Counted from the first letter of the stretch, positions 1 through 9,028 are shown. The stretch: DNA of 28,218 bases from an uncultured Nitrososphaerota archaeon (GCA_964636085.1 CAZWPQ010000005.1:1-28218); one strand, 5' to 3'. Translations and numbers: made by a program. The notes: generated by a model not told the origin, from the letters alone.

Positions 1-1
1 T

Positions 2-1834
2 TGTGTTGAATATTGTTCCATCCGCTGGATCGGATATGTCTAGTCTTGGTGGAACCGTGTCTGGCTCTAGGGGCAGGTCCCATAGGTCGTCGTTTATTTC
101 TTGTGTGTAGTAATGGAGGTTGTATCGCAATGTACTTGATGTATCATATATTTCTGATCTAATTCCGTAGTTTGCTTGTGCGGGGACAAAGTTGTATAGC
201 TCCATTTCGTATGTGTCCGTTGTTCTTCCAGTTACTGTATATGTGCTTGATGTGCCTATTAGTGTTTCTGATGCGGATCCTTCATAGTCTTCTATGTTTC
301 TTAGTTCTTTTCCTGATAGGTCTAGTGCATAGAGTTTTGTGTATATGCTTAGTCCAGAGCCACTGTCCTCGTCTATGTCCCAGTTTAGCTTTATGTATTC
401 GTAGTATCCGTTTCCATCATCATCTATTGCATCGACCATCCATATGTCATAGAAGTTTGTTGAGTATGGTGATGCTGCATATTTCCTAGCAAAGTCGTCC
501 CACATTGTTCTATAGGATGAATAGAAGCCATCTACCTTCGTATCCCAGCCATCGGAGCTTGTTGGAAAGTAAACCGATATTCCATGCGCATTTGGATAAT
601 CTCCACTATGATAATAATGAACCACCGCCTTATCTACCATCTGCATTACTTCCTGAGCCGCACTCCGTATCTCGGAATCAGAAATACTATTGTAGATATT
701 CTGTGCAAAGTGATATAGATCCCTTAGATAGCTATAATAGAACGATGTGGTACTACTCCTAGCATTATCTATTTCTGTAGCATATGTATTATATTTTCTT
801 AGCAGTAGATTTGCAAACTTGCTTACCGCTGGACCTAGGTCATAAAATGCCGCGGTTGCGTTAATTGCTGACTGTGTCTCTGCGGTATCGCCTAAATCTA
901 TATAATCCTTTATTGTCTCATATGCAATACAATCAGCAAAGTATTCTGCCGTAGGAACTGTTCCGCTTTGCAGTTTGTTTGTAATATTATTAAGTATTCT
1001 GTCATATTCATATCCATAAGCTCCCTCTGTTTCTTGGGAATGAACCACGAATTTTGCGTAGGGATATAGCGAATATTCCCAGAAGAATTCTCCCATTAGA
1101 CATGCATCAGCACCAATTACGTCGAATATTACTCCATATTGCTCATATATGTATTCGAGTGCATCTCTAACCTCATCTACATATAGGTGGTCACCATTGG
1201 TATCATCCCAACATACGCCCTCTTCTGCACCGCCATGATTCCATAGAATAAGTACATAGTGGTATGCTGAATAGTTATACAGTACATCCTCAATGAACTT
1301 TATCAGTATTTGAGGATCTCCCATGTTCTGTTCTCCCCAGTATTCGTCCGCCCAGGAATAATCGTCATTCCATGTATCGCCCTGTTCTATGTACCATAAT
1401 CCAACCTCATCTGGATTTCTCCTCTCATATTTGTCTATTAGTACAACTATTCTTAGGCCTATGCTTTCGTCCGAACCAACACTTCCCATTTCATTGAAGT
1501 CATATTCTGCATAAGTGTTCAAGTTGTTATCCCCATCCAAGTAAACAGCAAATGTCCAGTTTGCAGGATTTGGGAATACGGGGCCCGCCTTTATGCCATA
1601 TTTAGCAGCGATTTTTTCCCGTACTTCCTCAGGAGAGGGATTCGTCCATTTTATCATGGGAATGTTGGGAGAAACCTCAACCATTTTGTTTTCGTTCCAT
1701 GAAGTATTCTGCGCCAAGTCTATGGTCTTTACCTTTATGGTGCCTGGGTTTACATTATATAGAAGACCTGCTGTAGGCGCTATGAGAATCACTATTGATA
1801 GGAAAACTAGTATTCCCATCCTATCCAAACTCAT
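2..1834 (-). CDS. Secreted clostripain-family (peptidase C11) cysteine protease, 3'-truncated by window edge; not in supplied ORF track
   Basis: Manual translation of the minus strand from ATG 1834 (alternative in-frame ATG 1819). Hydrophobic signal MGILVFLSIVILIAPTAG, then NWTFAVYLDGDNNL, EQNMGDP, catalytic LILWNHGG (His at 1235-1237), DVIGADACLMG (Cys at 1100-1102), HSQETEG, NAHGISVYFP and WDDF. These are followed by DDDGNGYYEY and DTVPPRLDISDPADG (start of an Ig-like module). The same frame is still open at the left edge. Confidence 0.93.
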   Translation of the reverse strand, partial: MSLDRMGILVFLSIVILIAPTAGLLYNVNPGTIKVKTIDLAQNTSWNENKMVEVSPNIPMIKWTNPSPEEVREKIAAKYGIKAGPVFPNPANWTFAVYLDGDNNLNTYAEYDFNEMGSVGSDESIGLRIVVLIDKYERRNPDEVGLWYIEQGDTWNDDYSWADEYWGEQNMGDPQILIKFIEDVLYNYSAYHYVLILWNHGGAEEGVCWDDTNGDHLYVDEVRDALEYIYEQYGVIFDVIGADACLMGEFFWEYSLYPYAKFVVHSQETEGAYGYEYDRILNNITNKLQSGTVPTAEYFADCIAYETIKDYIDLGDTAETQSAINATAAFYDLGPAVSKFANLLLRKYNTYATEIDNARSSTTSFYYSYLRDLYHFAQNIYNSISDSEIRSAAQEVMQMVDKAVVHYYHSGDYPNAHGISVYFPTSSDGWDTKVDGFYSSYRTMWDDFARKYAASPYSTNFYDIWMVDAIDDDGNGYYEYIKLNWDIDEDSGSGLSIYTKLYALDLSGKELRNIEDYEGSASETLIGTSSTYTVTGRTTDTYEMELYNFVPAQANYGIRSEIYDTSSTLRYNLHYYTQEINDDLWDLPLEPDTVPPRLDISDPADGTIFNT

Positions 1835-1865
1835 ACACCTGTACGTGCGTCTAAATTTAGAATAC

Positions 1866-1884
1866 TTTAATATAATTTTTTTCA
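1866..1884 (-). promoter_or_regulatory. BRE/TATA promoter of clostripain gene
   Basis: Minus strand reads GAAAAAAA-TTATATTAAA about 35 nt upstream of ATG 1834. Confidence 0.55.
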
Positions 1885-1887
1885 ATA

Positions 1888-1911
1888 GTGTTCCTAAAAT
1901 CCTAAGAACAC
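1888..1911. promoter_or_regulatory. Imperfect inverted repeat, candidate operator
   Basis: GTGTTCCTA-AAATCC-TAAGAACAC (8/9 arm match), immediately upstream of the clostripain BRE/TATA. Confidence 0.45.
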
Positions 1912-2023
1912 CAATAAATGTCTTTTAGAATCCTATGTTTATCCTTTTATCTTATTCCATTTCCTATTGAAAATTTTGAAGATCAATTTTTGTTATTATG
2001 AAGTTTTTTAAAGAATTTTTTGG

Positions 2024-2045
2024 TACTTATAAATATGTATAAGTA
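2024..2045. promoter_or_regulatory. 22-bp near-perfect palindrome, candidate operator
   Basis: TACTTATAAAT|ATGTATAAGTA (10/11 pairs); contains TATA-like TTATAAAT; 75 nt upstream of the wHTH gene. Confidence 0.45.
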
Positions 2046-2120
2046 GACACCATTATCAACTATTTTTATTATAATTATTTTGGCTCTTCATTTCCGGGGT
2101 GTAGGTAGGGAATAGCTAAA

Positions 2121-3728
2121 ATGCTGATACTTTCGCCAGAGTTGATGGAGGTAATCCTCCATCTATATGATGCACATGATCCTGTCCTTAGGATTGATAG
2201 GAGAACCGCCGAGAAGCTTCGAGACAAGTTTTCTTGGAGAAGGTTATGTAGAAATTTAAAAAACTTAGAGGAGCTTGGATTCGTTCGTTTGGAGTATATT
2301 TCTCACAGAAAAATCTATGCTAGAATTTTTAACAACAATTTCTTTGATGAACTCCTGAGAATATTTGACAAAGCGACAAGAGTAGATTTTGAGCTCTCGG
2401 AGAAGGCTCTCAAGATATTACATACCGCTTCTGTGTCGCCGTATTATAAGGATGTATGTATGATTGCTACGGATCTTGGGTTGACGAGTAGGGGGGCAAA
2501 GAAAATTGTTGATAAGCTACAAAGACTTGGGCTGCTGGATGAAAATATGAATATCACCCGCCATGGTTCCAGACTTTTAACATCTTTTTATGATACCTAT
2601 CTCCGCGAGGCTTTTGAGCTTAAGGTTAATCCATTTTTAAATCTTAGATTGTTTGAAGGAAAAGTCGATAGATCCTTTATTGGCTATCTTAGCGATGTGA
2701 TCAAAAAAATTGTTGAGATAAATTCACGCAATGGTGTTAGACTGAGTAATATTCTTCTTGTAGGCATTGAGGCACATTATTCTCTGACTACACTCCTTAG
2801 GGAAGTCTGCAACAACCTTAGATTGTCTTGTCTTATACTCCCAATTATATTGCCGGAGCGAAAAATATATAGGCTCATAGCAACAGTAGGAAGAATATGG
2901 ACCGAATCTGCCCTTTCGAACCAATATGTTTGTTCGAAATTATCGGGAGAATTATCGGAAACTGAGCTACTGATAGATTTCTTGAAATTAGTATTGGCCA
3001 GAAAGGAAATCCTTGTTGTTGTTTTTGCACCACCCGCAATCTCTTATTTACTGCACTACATTGTTGGACAATGTTTTGAGGGGGAACATAGATTCATTGT
3101 ATTCGTACCGAGACTGGATAATAGCCTACGATTCTTAGAACATAACATAGATGTACTATTAGAAAGATCCAAAAAAATAATGGATGGTTTTATTGAGGCA
3201 ATTAATAGAAAAAGTAAAGTGATAATTTCTTGGAATATCCACTCTACGTACAGATCCTCTGTAACTATTGATTTCAGCCACATAACCCATGAAAAAAAAG
3301 GAGATATACGGAGTGAGGTCTTTATTGTGGAAGACGGTGTCTATCACGGCAAGCCATTCTATATACCCCCCGGCGAAATCCGAGTAAATCTCACAAAACT
3401 CACGCAACTCGGCGCAAGAATCAACGGAGACATCCTTGTGCTCAGTGAACCCATCATTGGACTTAAACCCCATGGGGAGGAGTGGACATCAGATACACCA
3501 ACCTATATCTCCGCTAAACTCAGAGTAGAAACTATGGAAGATGCCCCATCAATACACGTAGACTTCACGAATACACATTATTTGGAGCAACTAAACAATA
3601 CAATACTTGGGGAACTCCACATGGGTCTAAACGATATATCAATAAGAGAAGAACAAGGTGTTATTAGCCCTATACTCACAAGAACATCCCGCTATATTCA
3701 CTTCTGGATAATCGACAAAAAAAAATAA
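2121..3728 (+). CDS. Tandem winged-helix protein fused to degenerate M29 (AmpS/AmpT-like) aminopeptidase domain; probable transcription regulator; may extend to 3804 via frameshift
   Basis: wHTH1 SWRRLCRNLKNLEELGFVRLE and wHTH2 IATDLGLTSRGAKKIVDKLQRLGLLDENMNITRHG. The C-terminal part has M29-like YIPPGEI, INGDILV, LGELHMGLN and YIHF. SD GGTAGGG lies upstream of the ATG. Confidence 0.75.
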   Translation: MLILSPELMEVILHLYDAHDPVLRIDRRTAEKLRDKFSWRRLCRNLKNLEELGFVRLEYISHRKIYARIFNNNFFDELLRIFDKATRVDFELSEKALKILHTASVSPYYKDVCMIATDLGLTSRGAKKIVDKLQRLGLLDENMNITRHGSRLLTSFYDTYLREAFELKVNPFLNLRLFEGKVDRSFIGYLSDVIKKIVEINSRNGVRLSNILLVGIEAHYSLTTLLREVCNNLRLSCLILPIILPERKIYRLIATVGRIWTESALSNQYVCSKLSGELSETELLIDFLKLVLARKEILVVVFAPPAISYLLHYIVGQCFEGEHRFIVFVPRLDNSLRFLEHNIDVLLERSKKIMDGFIEAINRKSKVIISWNIHSTYRSSVTIDFSHITHEKKGDIRSEVFIVEDGVYHGKPFYIPPGEIRVNLTKLTQLGARINGDILVLSEPIIGLKPHGEEWTSDTPTYISAKLRVETMEDAPSIHVDFTNTHYLEQLNNTILGELHMGLNDISIREEQGVISPILTRTSRYIHFWIIDKKK

Positions 3729-3827
3729 TTCATACTACCAATTCATTGCCAAAAATGCTGAAATAAAAACACAAAACGGTATTATCTGGCGGACTACCAA
3801 ATAGCTTACAAAAAACAACACGACGAA

Positions 3828-4781
3828 TTAATACATATACCTCCACAGTGTTAATGGAGATGGTTTCTCGGGCATCGGCTCCAAGTCTCCTTTCTCCAGT
3901 CTTCTAAGAAGCATCGTCAAGGGCATGGCTGCTGTTACTATGGTTATCATAATAGCTGACAGGCCTCTCCAATTACCCCACCTCTTGGCAGAAAAATCTT
4001 CGACCTGTCTTTTTGTCCATACATAATCTCCAGGAGAATATACTGTTGGGAGAAGTCTCATAAACCATCTGTCTATGGGGAATTCATCATATTTTCGTAA
4101 GGCAATGACCCTAGCAAATCTCGCTGTATATTGTCCTATCCCCCTAATACTCTCTAGATCCTCAATTCTATTGCTTAAAAATGCCTTTGACGCGTTCACC
4201 AATGTGTTACTCCTATACCCAACACCAACAGCTCTGATTTTCTCCTTATTTTGAAGTATTCTTTCTGGGCTTGGAAAACAATAGGTAATTACATTATATT
4301 CCTTTATATGTATTACATCTCCTAGGGCCTTTCTAATATTCATAATCATTCTCCAGCCCTGCCTGAAGCTCGCATTTTGCTGACATACCCCTATTATGAG
4401 GCCCTCCCAAAGCGTCGGGACTGCACGCATGTGTAATCCCTGCAGTTTTTGTAGGACTATTTTGAGTAGTGGGTCGTCCCGTATTATTCTGTAATAATTA
4501 GCTATATCTTCTTCCATACCTAGGACATGGTTAGCTACCTTTAGTGATTCATCAATGACTGGTTCCCTGCTGGATTCGGAGAATATCTCTATGTTTATTT
4601 CGTTGTTCTGTCTAGAGGCAACTATGGCGACCCTCATTTTATCCGATGTATATGGGATAAATGCTCTCTCTCCATCAAAATCCCAACATGTAGCGTAGCA
4701 CGACGCTGTTAATTCGAAATTGTATGGCTCTCTTGGCTTTATTGTTGTTGAATATATCTTCTTTACCCTTATCCTCGACAT
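3828..4781 (-). CDS. HhH-GPD superfamily DNA glycosylase (AlkA/OGG-like)
   Basis: LWEGLIIGVCQQN, FPSPERI, GVGYRS, HhH LESIRGIGQYTA and catalytic FPID. Start placed at ATG 4781 behind a GTGGGGGGA SD. Confidence 0.9.
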   Translation of the reverse strand: MSRIRVKKIYSTTIKPREPYNFELTASCYATCWDFDGERAFIPYTSDKMRVAIVASRQNNEINIEIFSESSREPVIDESLKVANHVLGMEEDIANYYRIIRDDPLLKIVLQKLQGLHMRAVPTLWEGLIIGVCQQNASFRQGWRMIMNIRKALGDVIHIKEYNVITYCFPSPERILQNKEKIRAVGVGYRSNTLVNASKAFLSNRIEDLESIRGIGQYTARFARVIALRKYDEFPIDRWFMRLLPTVYSPGDYVWTKRQVEDFSAKRWGNWRGLSAIMITIVTAAMPLTMLLRRLEKGDLEPMPEKPSPLTLWRYMY

Positions 4782-4789
4782 TCCCCCCA

Positions 4790-5440
4790 CTATACCTGCT
4801 TTTGTACTATTGTTCCCCCAGCAGCTCTGACTATATGTTCTACCACCATTTTAAGACTTGAGGCCACGTATGTTCTATCTATTGTCCTAGGAGCATACAT
4901 CACTAATAGTATGTTGGATGTGGATTGTGTGACTTTTGCATGTTCTCCGTCACGGTACACGGTCGCTGAGAATACCCTATTATTGTTGTCTGTGAGTATT
5001 GGGAAACCCTCTGGAATTGTTATTTCTTTTCCACCTATAATTCTCATTTTTTCTGTCCCTTCCGCCGCTCTTAGATGTACGGGGAGCGATATTTTGTCTA
5101 GATCAAAGACGCTCATTACGATTCCGGTATATGCAGATATTATGTTCATTGTGTCTACGATGTTGTTTATTCTATATAATCCTTTTCCCCTCAGTATTCT
5201 CCGGATAAGGGCCTCGCTTGATGGTCTCTCTTTTGTTGGGTCTATTCCTATACTCCAGAAGAACTTCCTATATTCCCTTATTATTGGATCCTCAGGGATT
5301 GCGGATATATCATATTTTCTAGTTATTTTGTTCTCGAATTCTGATAGGAAGTCCGGTATGTCTAATGTTACGGCCACCCCCTCTATTATGGCCCCCATAA
5401 CCAATAATTCTGGATACTTATTTATGATTAGCTTATCCAT
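4790..5440 (-). CDS. Stand-alone B3/4 domain protein (PheRS beta editing-domain-like)
   Basis: YRKFFWSIGIDPTKERPSSEALIRR, INNIVDTMNIIS, SVFDLDKI. Confidence 0.9.
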   Translation of the reverse strand: MDKLIINKYPELLVMGAIIEGVAVTLDIPDFLSEFENKITRKYDISAIPEDPIIREYRKFFWSIGIDPTKERPSSEALIRRILRGKGLYRINNIVDTMNIISAYTGIVMSVFDLDKISLPVHLRAAEGTEKMRIIGGKEITIPEGFPILTDNNNRVFSATVYRDGEHAKVTQSTSNILLVMYAPRTIDRTYVASSLKMVVEHIVRAAGGTIVQKQV

Positions 5441-5471
5441 TAGTGACCCTAGAACTATTCGACGGATAATG

Positions 5472-5486
5472 AATATAAAAAAGGGA
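5472..5486 (-). terminator. T-tract after hppA stop, doubling as TATA box for B3/4 gene
   Basis: Minus strand TCCCTTTTTTATA directly after the TAG and about 34 nt upstream of ATG 5440. Confidence 0.4.
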
Positions 5487-7742
5487 CTATTCCTCCCACA
5501 CCTTCTTGCGTAGGTACCTAACTACAATCGCCATCAATATCCATATTACCAATATAATCCCAACATACATCACTCTGGTAACAATGGTATCTGCTGGAGG
5601 CAGTCCAATAGTTAGGCGCTTACCCCCGATTGAATAGAACAGTGGAACTAATGTTATGGCCAGGATATTCGATAACTTTATCAGTATGTGTAGAGATGGG
5701 CCCGCAGTATCCTTCAAGGGATCCCCAAATGTATCCCCTATTACGGTGGCAGCGTGAAGATCTGTTCCCTTCCTCCCCGATATCTCCACCAATTTTTTGG
5801 CATTATCTAGGGCACCCCCCGCATTGAATTGATATACCGCAAGAAGCGCCGATACTACCTTTAGAGCTATTAAGTAGGCCGCCAGCACTATAAGACCAAA
5901 AGCTATTCCAACTATTACCACCATAAATACACCCAGTAACGTTGGCATTATCATGTCAATTAGTGCAGCTTTTGTGGCTATATCTACGGCTTTTGCATAA
6001 TCTGGATACGCCTTTCCTTCTAGGATCTCTGGATTCTCATCGAATTGCCTCTTTACCTCCTTTACAACACCAAAAGCTCCTCTCTGTGCTCCTTTAATGG
6101 CCCACGCCGAAAAGAGAAACGGAACCCCCGCACCTAGCATTATTCCAAGTATGACTAGGGGGTCCAATATATTAATTTTGAGGACATCCATTAGGCTCTC
6201 AAAGCTTTCTACAACCTCTCCAGGAACAAACCGCATTACCTCCGCCACGTATGCGAATAAAACCGAGACACCAGTCAATAGTGCCGCGGCCATACCATAG
6301 GCCTTGGTTAATGCTTTTGTAGTATTACCTACGGAATCTAAGACCTCTAAGGATGTCCCAACCTCCTCCTCAAGGCCCGCCATTGTTGCTATACCATCCG
6401 CATTGTCTACTATAGGGCCAAAAGTATCGGATGTCTGAATTATCCCTGTCATTGATAATAACCCAAGAACCGCCATACTAGCGCCATATAGCCCCATAAT
6501 TGCAGATTTTACGTTATAGTGCCCCGTGCCTGCTCCTATGAAAAATGCCGTGACCATGACCAGTCCTATCACTACTACCTCAGGGAATGTGCTCTCCATT
6601 CCCAATGATGTACCAGCGAGGACATCCAGCGCTGCACCACCCTCTGCATGCTTGACTATTTCTTTTACTGGGCCTCTATTGAGACCAGTGTAGTATAGTA
6701 CTAAGAATACTGTTGACATACTCCCCAATAGTCCTAGCATAGCCGCTATGTATAGTCTCTCGGCTAGGAATTTCTCACCGAATTCAGATTCTAATGGTTC
6801 AATTATTATATGAGAAGCTAGATAGAATCCTATTGCTATTAATATTCCAGACACTATGTAGGACATCGCGACTGCCTTTGTTGGATCTTTAGACCTAGCA
6901 ACGAATAACCCCACAAGATTTGCAAGTAGCCCAATTGCTTGGAGAACTAATGGATATACTATAAATGCAATTATTGCGTCTGGATCCTTGGAATATACCT
7001 CAACGGCGATGAAGTAGCCTAGAATCATTATAGCTATGAGGTTATCGGAGAAACTTTCGAATAGATCACTTGCTCTACCAGCACAGTCTCCGACATTATC
7101 TCCTACGAGATCAGCAATCACCCCAGCATTTCTAGGATCATCCTCCGGTATTCTCTTCTCAACTTTTCCTACGAGATCTGCACCAATATCGGCGGACTTC
7201 GTATATATTCCTCCTCCCACCTGGGCAAATAGGGCTGCGAGGGATGCTCCGAAGCCAAATCCAACTATCAACGATGGTGTTTCGAATATCATATATAGTA
7301 TCCCAAGCCCCAATATTGAGAGCGATACTAGGGCTAGTCCTGTTACTGCCCCCCCTCTATACCCTAGGAGAAATGCTCTAACTGGGTCTTTTCTTCCAGC
7401 CTCGGTTGTCCTCACATTTGCATCGGTCGCCGTCTCCATACCTATGTATGCCATAATGAGGGACATAAATGATCCAACAATAAATCCAGCGGCTATTTCA
7501 TATTCTAGTGGGCCCCATGCGGCAAGTCCGCCCAATATTATGCTTATCGCTATTATGAAGTATATAACTGTCTGGAACTCCCTATACATGAAGGCCCTGG
7601 CTCCCTGTTTTATCCACTTGGATACTTCTAGGGCTTTTTCGTGCTCCACTGGTTGCTGTAATACCCATCTTCTTAGAAGGAACACTACTATGAGACCAAA
7701 TGCTCCTACTCCCACTGCGAATAATAGGTGTGGCTCATACAT
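5487..7742 (-). CDS. hppA: Membrane-bound H+-translocating pyrophosphatase, K+-independent type
   Basis: GGGIYTKSADIGADLVGKVE, IPEDDPRN, DLVGDNVGD, DTFGPIVDNADG, GNTTKA (Lys marks the K+-independent type), GGALDNAKK, GDTFGDPLKDTAGP. Start moved to ATG 7742 behind a GAGGTGG SD. Confidence 0.97.
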   Translation of the reverse strand: MYEPHLLFAVGVGAFGLIVVFLLRRWVLQQPVEHEKALEVSKWIKQGARAFMYREFQTVIYFIIAISIILGGLAAWGPLEYEIAAGFIVGSFMSLIMAYIGMETATDANVRTTEAGRKDPVRAFLLGYRGGAVTGLALVSLSILGLGILYMIFETPSLIVGFGFGASLAALFAQVGGGIYTKSADIGADLVGKVEKRIPEDDPRNAGVIADLVGDNVGDCAGRASDLFESFSDNLIAIMILGYFIAVEVYSKDPDAIIAFIVYPLVLQAIGLLANLVGLFVARSKDPTKAVAMSYIVSGILIAIGFYLASHIIIEPLESEFGEKFLAERLYIAAMLGLLGSMSTVFLVLYYTGLNRGPVKEIVKHAEGGAALDVLAGTSLGMESTFPEVVVIGLVMVTAFFIGAGTGHYNVKSAIMGLYGASMAVLGLLSMTGIIQTSDTFGPIVDNADGIATMAGLEEEVGTSLEVLDSVGNTTKALTKAYGMAAALLTGVSVLFAYVAEVMRFVPGEVVESFESLMDVLKINILDPLVILGIMLGAGVPFLFSAWAIKGAQRGAFGVVKEVKRQFDENPEILEGKAYPDYAKAVDIATKAALIDMIMPTLLGVFMVVIVGIAFGLIVLAAYLIALKVVSALLAVYQFNAGGALDNAKKLVEISGRKGTDLHAATVIGDTFGDPLKDTAGPSLHILIKLSNILAITLVPLFYSIGGKRLTIGLPPADTIVTRVMYVGIILVIWILMAIVVRYLRKKVWEE

Positions 7743-7981
7743 TATAACCACCTCGTCCTACGTGGTATTATCCACAAAAAACGCAATAAAACAATTAATT
7801 ATATTTTGATAATTCAGACAGCCGTGAGGCTATTACCCACTTTAGGTTTATTTTTTGTCTATATCGCATATCCTTAGGTAGATTTGTAATTTTGATAATA
7901 GGTATCTATATAGATTACCATATATATATGTATATAAACAAAAATAAGCAACAATACGAATTGCTATCTCGTTTATTCCTC

Positions 7982-8614
7982 TTAGCTTTCTTTGCTTTTG
8001 GATAGGATCGATATGGCGTCTAAAATCCTACCCGTAAGGCATAGTAGCACATATAGAAAACTGGCGCCTAGGATCAGGAATGTATAGATTGATATGTACA
8101 TGTATGACATCATTAGGACTATTATCCCCACTAGAATAAGAATGTCAATAGCTATGTCTATCAATAATATTTTTGATGAACATGTTATTAGGGATTCGTG
8201 GCTCTCTATTTCTCCCATTTTTGCTTTTTTGAGGATCGACTTAGCCCGGCCGATATCCCGTTGGGATCTTCCAACAATTATATAGTCAACGTCTTGTAGC
8301 TCTTTTTCCTCTAATGATGATTTTATAATGCATAAATCCTCCAATGTTTTCCTTTCCTTTACATACATCATAAGCGTCGCGGATAGAAAACAAATCATAC
8401 TAACTAGGATATTTGTATACCCTATGTAGAAAAGTGCGAATATTAATGCGGCAACCTCTAATAGGAGGAGAGTCACTATTGTATACATGCCTATTCTTTC
8501 GTGGTTTATCTTATCCTCGATATATAGTGCCTCTTCGATATTTATTATCACGAACTTATTGTTTCTTAAATCCAAAATCTTCTCTAGTAGATTCTCGCTA
8601 CTGTCTCCATCCAT
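7982..8614 (-). CDS. Hypothetical 4-TM membrane protein
   Basis: 210-aa ORF filling the gap; two hydrophobic hairpins separated by a charged loop. Confidence 0.7.
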   Translation of the reverse strand: MDGDSSENLLEKILDLRNNKFVIINIEEALYIEDKINHERIGMYTIVTLLLLEVAALIFALFYIGYTNILVSMICFLSATLMMYVKERKTLEDLCIIKSSLEEKELQDVDYIIVGRSQRDIGRAKSILKKAKMGEIESHESLITCSSKILLIDIAIDILILVGIIVLMMSYMYISIYTFLILGASFLYVLLCLTGRILDAISILSKSKES

Positions 8615-8668
8615 TAGTGTCCACTTTTATGGATAGTGTCTTCCCGCTCTATTCCCGTAGTTTATCTG

Positions 8669-9028
8669 CTATATTTCTATGTCTTCGTCGAACATAACCA
8701 CAGAGCGTCCTCTAACATAGTAGTCTATGAATAAACGTATCTTCTTTTTTGTGAAGCTTTGGCGAAGGTGAAACACATTTATTTTTATTGAAAATTTGGC
8801 CTTCGCGAGACATTGGATACAGAATACTTTGGCCTTGCTTGCCTTCATGTGAATCTTTAATAGGTTATTGGCTTGATCGATCTCTGGGAATACCTTTATG
8901 CTATGACAGGGGTCGGGTATGTTTACGCTTCCTTCTATTATTAACCATGCACCACTCTTAGTCACACTTACTCTTTCCTCAGTCCCACCACAACTAATCT
9001 CATATACCTTGAAGTCGTACTCCCGCAT
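8669..9028 (-). CDS. Small hypothetical beta-rich protein with four cysteines
   Basis: ATG 9028 behind an AGGGGAG SD; motifs ISCGG, EGSVNIPDPCH, FCIQCL. Confidence 0.75.
   Translation of the reverse strand: MREYDFKVYEISCGGTEERVSVTKSGAWLIIEGSVNIPDPCHSIKVFPEIDQANNLLKIHMKASKAKVFCIQCLAKAKFSIKINVFHLRQSFTKKKIRLFIDYYVRGRSVVMFDEDIEI

Noticed and set aside
172-1928. Plus-strand ORFs 172-489, 505-762 and 1593-1928
   Set aside because: Antisense shadows of the clostripain gene, which has full catalytic motifs
7768-7776. Perfect bacterial DnaA box TTATCCACA
   Set aside because: Single copy in an archaeal context; no origin features or cdc6/orc1 nearby
4911-7809. Long plus-strand ORFs 4911-5513 and 7036-7809 and smaller ones
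   Set aside because: Antisense to B3/4 and hppA; no motifs; typical shadow ORFs
7982-8614. 4-TM protein as a SLATT-like defence effector
   Set aside because: Only topology is similar; no conserved motifs and no defence genes nearby
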